In this document: piece after piece, positions 63,121 to 64,000 of the stretch
How positions within the stretch are numbered: position 1 is the stretch's first letter
How the letters are laid out: every line of letters begins with the position of its first letter
Assembly: GCA_963741935.1 (NCBI GenBank)
Contig: CAVUJY010000014.1
Coordinates: 18,039 to 82,038, forward strand
Source of the DNA: an uncultured Bacteroidales bacterium
GTDB taxonomy: Bacteria; Bacteroidota; Bacteroidia; Bacteroidales; VadinHA17
Direction of reading: 5' to 3'
Length of the DNA stretch: 64,000 bases
The notes under the pieces: generated by a model
What the model saw: only the letters and a program-made list of their open reading frames with translations
Databases searched by the model: none
Told to the model about the DNA's origin: nothing
Program-made: the position numbers and the translations under genes

Positions 63121-64000
63121 TATCTGGAACGGGATTGATAAGATATCCATCATCTTGTTTTTGCTCCTCGTAATGATGGGGTGGGTTAATATCTATGCAG
63201 CTGTTTTCAATGAGGAACATGCGGCCCTGTTTGATTTTTCGCAGCGTTATGGAAAACAGTTTATCTGGATTATCGCGGCATTGGTAATAGCAGTTTTTGT
63301 AGTTATTATCGACAGCAGGTTTTATTTATTCTTCCCATGGTTTATTTACGGGTCTCTTATGTTAATGTTGATAGTATTGTTATTTCTTGGCAGTGCTATA
63401 AATGGGGCTAAATCGTGGTTTGAATTTGGCGGATTTAGTCTGCAGCCTTCCGAATTTGCCAAGTTTGGAACTGCCCTCGCTCTTGCAGGTTACCTGAACT
63501 CCAGGAAACTGGATCTTACACGATTAAGAGATATGATTCCGGCAGCTGCGATTATTATGTTCCCTGTATTTCTTACTGCCCTCCAGCCGGATATGGGTTC
63601 GTCAATTGTGTTTTTGGCATTATTCATTGTTCTTTTCAGAGAAGGCATGAGCCCATATGTATTTGTCTCCGGGTTACTTATGCTTATACTCTTCTTCTTA
63701 ACACTTCTTCTTAACAATCTTTATCTGACCCTTGCACTGATAGTTCTCGCTATCCTGATGGTGTGGTTTTCAACAAGGAAATGGAAAATACCTCTCGTAG
63801 GCTTAGTAACATTTGCTGTAATTGCCGGACTTCTTTATCTCCTTGACCATTATGTTATCAAAGCCATCGGGAATGAAATGATCATATTTATTTCCCTGAT
63901 ACTTACCGGTCTGTCCTTCGCTTATTATGTTTATAACAGGAAAGCTATTTCAGTGTTGGTAATATTCATTTTTCTTATTGGAAGTATCTTATATATAAAC
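63104..64000 (+). CDS. rodA: rod shape-determining protein RodA (SEDS family), 3' end outside the window
   Basis: Open frame from a GTG at 63104 to the window edge (not in the ORF track because no stop is reached). Reads ...NIWNGIDKISIILFLLLVMMGWVNIYAA..., SLQPSEFAKF and LQPDMGS motifs. Overlaps the mrdA stop. Confidence 0.85.
   Translation, partial: MKRSVNIWNGIDKISIILFLLLVMMGWVNIYAAVFNEEHAALFDFSQRYGKQFIWIIAALVIAVFVVIIDSRFYLFFPWFIYGSLMLMLIVLLFLGSAINGAKSWFEFGGFSLQPSEFAKFGTALALAGYLNSRKLDLTRLRDMIPAAAIIMFPVFLTALQPDMGSSIVFLALFIVLFREGMSPYVFVSGLLMLILFFLTLLLNNLYLTLALIVLAILMVWFSTRKWKIPLVGLVTFAVIAGLLYLLDHYVIKAIGNEMIIFISLILTGLSFAYYVYNRKAISVLVIFIFLIGSILYIN

Noticed and set aside
1-64000. A search for mobile elements, prophage genes, defence systems, toxin-antitoxin pairs, CRISPR arrays or secondary-metabolite clusters.
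   Set aside because: Every ORF of meaningful length is accounted for by a housekeeping, envelope or carbohydrate function, or by a small hypothetical lipoprotein. There are no integrase, transposase or recombinase signatures, no long inverted or direct repeats flanking a block, and no tRNA-adjacent insertion at tRNA-Leu.

Overview
This window looks like an AT-rich chromosomal core region of a Bacteroidota (Bacteroidales-like) genome. Support for that placement: TAnnTTTG-type -7 boxes, no Shine-Dalgarno sequences, lipoproteins with an S-C lipobox, a GT3 glycogen synthase, GH97, and purH-mreBCD-mrdA-rodA synteny. I can support about 57 protein-coding genes and one tRNA-Leu(UAG).

Main blocks:
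- Envelope and redox genes (PlsC-like acyltransferase, lpxH, two tandem TlpA-like lipoproteins).
- An 11-kb alpha-glucan/glycogen locus (debranching enzyme, GT4, GH57, GT3 synthase, GT35 phosphorylase, and a convergent GH13 branching enzyme).
- Housekeeping genes: ribF, ahcY, greA, a HIT-family gene, a ComF-family gene, ruvC, serS, rpmA-rplU, thyA-folA, clpX-clpP-tig, lptB, tatC, recQ.
- An arginine/carbamoyl-phosphate cluster (carB, then a divergent promoter region with two ARG-box-like sites, then argR-argG-argH; carA plus an aminotransferase).
- A large TerB-ABC transporter, rsmA, and the cell-shape operon.

I see no transposase, integrase, phage, CRISPR, toxin-antitoxin or recognisable defence genes, so this is largely an ordinary core region.

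The most conspicuous property is that about 28 conserved genes are broken by roughly 45-50 single-base frame disruptions. I read most of these as assembly or sequencing indels, not biology.

The items that most deserve a second look:
- A three-module polypyrimidine/CACGG repeat element downstream of carB.
- Two structured palindromic elements between the arg cistrons.
- A tandem-duplicated SiaB-like pseudo-dimeric GHKL protein with no partner genes nearby.
- Two side-by-side alpha-glucan modules.
- A lipoprotein with a Rieske-like CxH...CxxC motif.

I found no clear novel multi-gene system.
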